Below the pieces are notes generated by a model. The model was not told the origin of the DNA. It searched no databases and was given only the letters and a program-made list of their open reading frames with translations. The position numbers were made by a program, and so were the translations under genes. Positions 35,328-37,119 of a stretch of DNA of 37,119 nucleotides are shown here, piece after piece. The first letter of the stretch is position 1. Each line of letters opens with the position of its first letter. Source of the stretch: Candidatus Aenigmatarchaeota archaeon (GTDB lineage Archaea > Aenigmatarchaeota > Aenigmatarchaeia > Aenigmatarchaeales > Aenigmatarchaeaceae); the NCBI GenBank assembly GCA_039000735.1, contig JAWBOD010000001.1, positions 1-37,119 of the forward strand. The letters are read 5' to 3'.

Positions 35328-36849
35328 TTGGCAAAAAATAGCAAGGTACATACCTGCAGTAGAAGAGCCTGTTCAAAAGCTAACTTTTAGAGAAAAAATT
35401 AAGTGGACTTTTATAATTCTTGTTTTGTTTTACATTTTAGGTTCAATAACAGTTTGGGGAATTAATCCTGAAGCTGTTGCACAATTTGAATTTTTAGAAA
35501 TTGTTTTTGGTTCAAGATTTGGCTCATTAATAACATTAGGTATTGGTCCAATTGTTACTGCATCTATAATTTTACAACTTTTTGTTGGAAGCAAGATAAT
35601 AAATTGGGATACTAATACCGAAGAAGGTAAAGCAAAGTTTCAATCTGCAGAAAAGATTTTAATGATTATATTTTGCTTTATAGAAGCTGTAGCATATGTT
35701 TTAGCTGGAGCAGTTCCTCCGGCAAGCTCTGATCCATTTTTAATTTCCTTTGTTATTTTTGAGCTTGCAGTTGGTGGAATTATTATTATATTTATGGATG
35801 GTGTTTGCTCAAAATGGGGAATTGGTTCTGGAGTTTCTTTGTTTATTGCAGCTGGAGTTGCTAAAACAATAATAGTAAGAATATTTAATCCACTAACGCA
35901 AAGCGGAGGTCTTCCAACTATTGGTGAACCACCAGCTGGAATAATGCCTCTTTTCATTACATCTTTAATGGAAGGAATGCCATCCATATTTATTTTACTG
36001 CCTTTAATTTCAACAATATTAGTTTTCATACTTACAGTTTACATACAAGATGTAAGGGTTGAATTACCTTTATCATTTTCTTTACCTTTTGGAAAAATTG
36101 CAGCAAGAAGATGGCCAATCAAATTCTTATATACATCAAACATACCAGTTATTTTAACAGCAGCTGTTTTAGCAAACTTACAAGTTTTAGGAAGATTACT
36201 TTATCAAAGAGGAATTTCATTTTTAGGAACTTATAACGAAAGCGGTGTTCCAACTTCTGGTCTTTTATATTATATTTCTCATCCTTCTGGCGATGTTGGA
36301 ATAATAATTGTTACAATCTTAGCAAGCATATTTGCATTGATATTTATTGTTATTAACATTAGAGTTTGGAAAAAACATATAATTAAGTTTAGCTTTTTAG
36401 GAGCAATAATTGGCGGGATAATTGGCTATTTTTTAATTTCATATTATAATCTTCCTGTTATAACAAGTGAAAATGCATTAAGAGCTTTAATATACGTTAC
36501 AATTTATATGATAGGCTCAACCATATTTTCAATTTTTTGGGTTAATACTGCTGGAATGGATGCAAAATCTCTTGCAGAGCAATTTAAAGCTAGCTCAATA
36601 ATGATACCAGGATTTAGACACGATCCAAGAATTGTTGAAAAGGTTTTAGATAAGTACATACCAGCTTTAACCGTATTGGGAGGTGCTTTTGTTGGATTTT
36701 TAGCAGCCTTTGCAGATTTAACATCTGCAATAGGATCTGGAACAGGAATTCTATTAACTGTTATGATAATTTATCAGTTTTATGAGCAAATAACTGCCCA
36801 ACATTACGATGAGATTCCAGAAAAAATAAGAAAATTACTTGGTGTTTAA
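35320..36849 (+). CDS. secY: Preprotein translocase subunit SecY (long form)
   Basis: IPAVEEP...FREKIKWT, GIGPIVTASIILQL, FLYTSNIPVIL and the C-terminal GTGILLTVMIIYQFYEQI. ATG overlaps the rpl15 end. Confidence 0.93.
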   Translation: MFNWQKIARYIPAVEEPVQKLTFREKIKWTFIILVLFYILGSITVWGINPEAVAQFEFLEIVFGSRFGSLITLGIGPIVTASIILQLFVGSKIINWDTNTEEGKAKFQSAEKILMIIFCFIEAVAYVLAGAVPPASSDPFLISFVIFELAVGGIIIIFMDGVCSKWGIGSGVSLFIAAGVAKTIIVRIFNPLTQSGGLPTIGEPPAGIMPLFITSLMEGMPSIFILLPLISTILVFILTVYIQDVRVELPLSFSLPFGKIAARRWPIKFLYTSNIPVILTAAVLANLQVLGRLLYQRGISFLGTYNESGVPTSGLLYYISHPSGDVGIIIVTILASIFALIFIVINIRVWKKHIIKFSFLGAIIGGIIGYFLISYYNLPVITSENALRALIYVTIYMIGSTIFSIFWVNTAGMDAKSLAEQFKASSIMIPGFRHDPRIVEKVLDKYIPALTVLGGAFVGFLAAFADLTSAIGSGTGILLTVMIIYQFYEQITAQHYDEIPEKIRKLLGV

Positions 36850-37119
36850 ATGAAAATTACAATAATAGGTCCAATGAACTCTGGAAAAGGAACGTACGCA
36901 TCAAGGATTGCAAAAAAGTTTGGAATTCCCCATATATCTACTGGCCAAATTTTCCGTGAAAATATAGATGCTAAAACAGAATTAGGGAAAGAGGTTGAAA
37001 GTTTTGTAACTAAAGGGCTTTTGGTACCAGATGATATAACCATTAATGTTATTAAGGAAAGGATAAAAAATCCTGATTGCAAAAATGGATTTATTTTTGA
37101 TGGTTTTCCAAGAACAATA
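36850..37119 (+). CDS. adk: Adenylate kinase (Adk type), 3'-truncated by window edge
   Basis: IIGPMNSGKGT, ISTGQIFRE, GLLVPDD, GFIFDGFPRT. ATG directly follows the secY TAA. Confidence 0.9.
   Translation, partial: MKITIIGPMNSGKGTYASRIAKKFGIPHISTGQIFRENIDAKTELGKEVESFVTKGLLVPDDITINVIKERIKNPDCKNGFIFDGFPRTI

Noticed and set aside
35640-36029. 129-aa minus-strand ORF
   Set aside because: It is antisense to secY, whose conservation fixes the coding strand.
36846-37082. 78-aa minus-strand ORF
   Set aside because: It is antisense to the clearly recognisable adenylate kinase N-terminus (GPMNSGKGT...GFIFDGFPRT).
1-37119. CRISPR arrays, transposases, integrases, toxin-antitoxin or other defence cassettes
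   Set aside because: I looked for regularly spaced direct repeats and for the characteristic enzyme motifs and saw none. The only repeats are the short promoter-region duplications and the EF-2 palindrome reported above.

Overview
This is an AT-rich, tightly packed archaeal chromosome segment. The archaeal origin is supported by GatD/GatE, aEF-2 and aEF-1alpha, and archaeal/eukaryotic-only genes (S4e, L32e, L19e, SUI1/aIF1, RNase P Rpp29). Small proteins and several domain losses fit a reduced-genome, DPANN-like archaeon, but that is an inference and no database search was possible. Gene order is: a 5'-truncated surface glycoprotein; a DRG-like GTPase, small proteins and gatDE operon; a secreted metzincin; an HTH regulator; glmS; a MiaB-like methylthiotransferase; YjbQ; dph6 divergent from EF-2; EF-1alpha; a 4-gene accessory island (KaiC-like ATPase, GGR-like flavoprotein, UbiA/DGGGPS-like prenyltransferase, V4R protein); a Nudix gene remnant; S10; tRNA-Ser(GGA); and the large ribosomal-protein operon L3 to L15, then secY and adk (3'-truncated). 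The main finding is in the EF-2 gene. It is interrupted inside its P-loop codons by a 33-nt in-frame segment carrying three stop codons. That segment folds into a near-textbook bulge-helix-bulge motif: a 4-bp helix flanked by two 3-nt bulges, with a perfect 26-nt palindrome as the inner helix. Symmetric cleavage in the bulges restores GKTT exactly, so this looks like an endonuclease-spliced mini-intron in an essential protein-coding gene. Secondary observations are two unannotated or unexpected small ORFs translationally coupled inside the ribosomal operon, a two-helix insertion in SecY, a GatE lacking its insertion domain, an HTH regulator ending in a canonical EF-hand loop, and a recurrent GTGAT Shine-Dalgarno that embeds upstream stop codons. 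No CRISPR array, transposase or integrase was seen.
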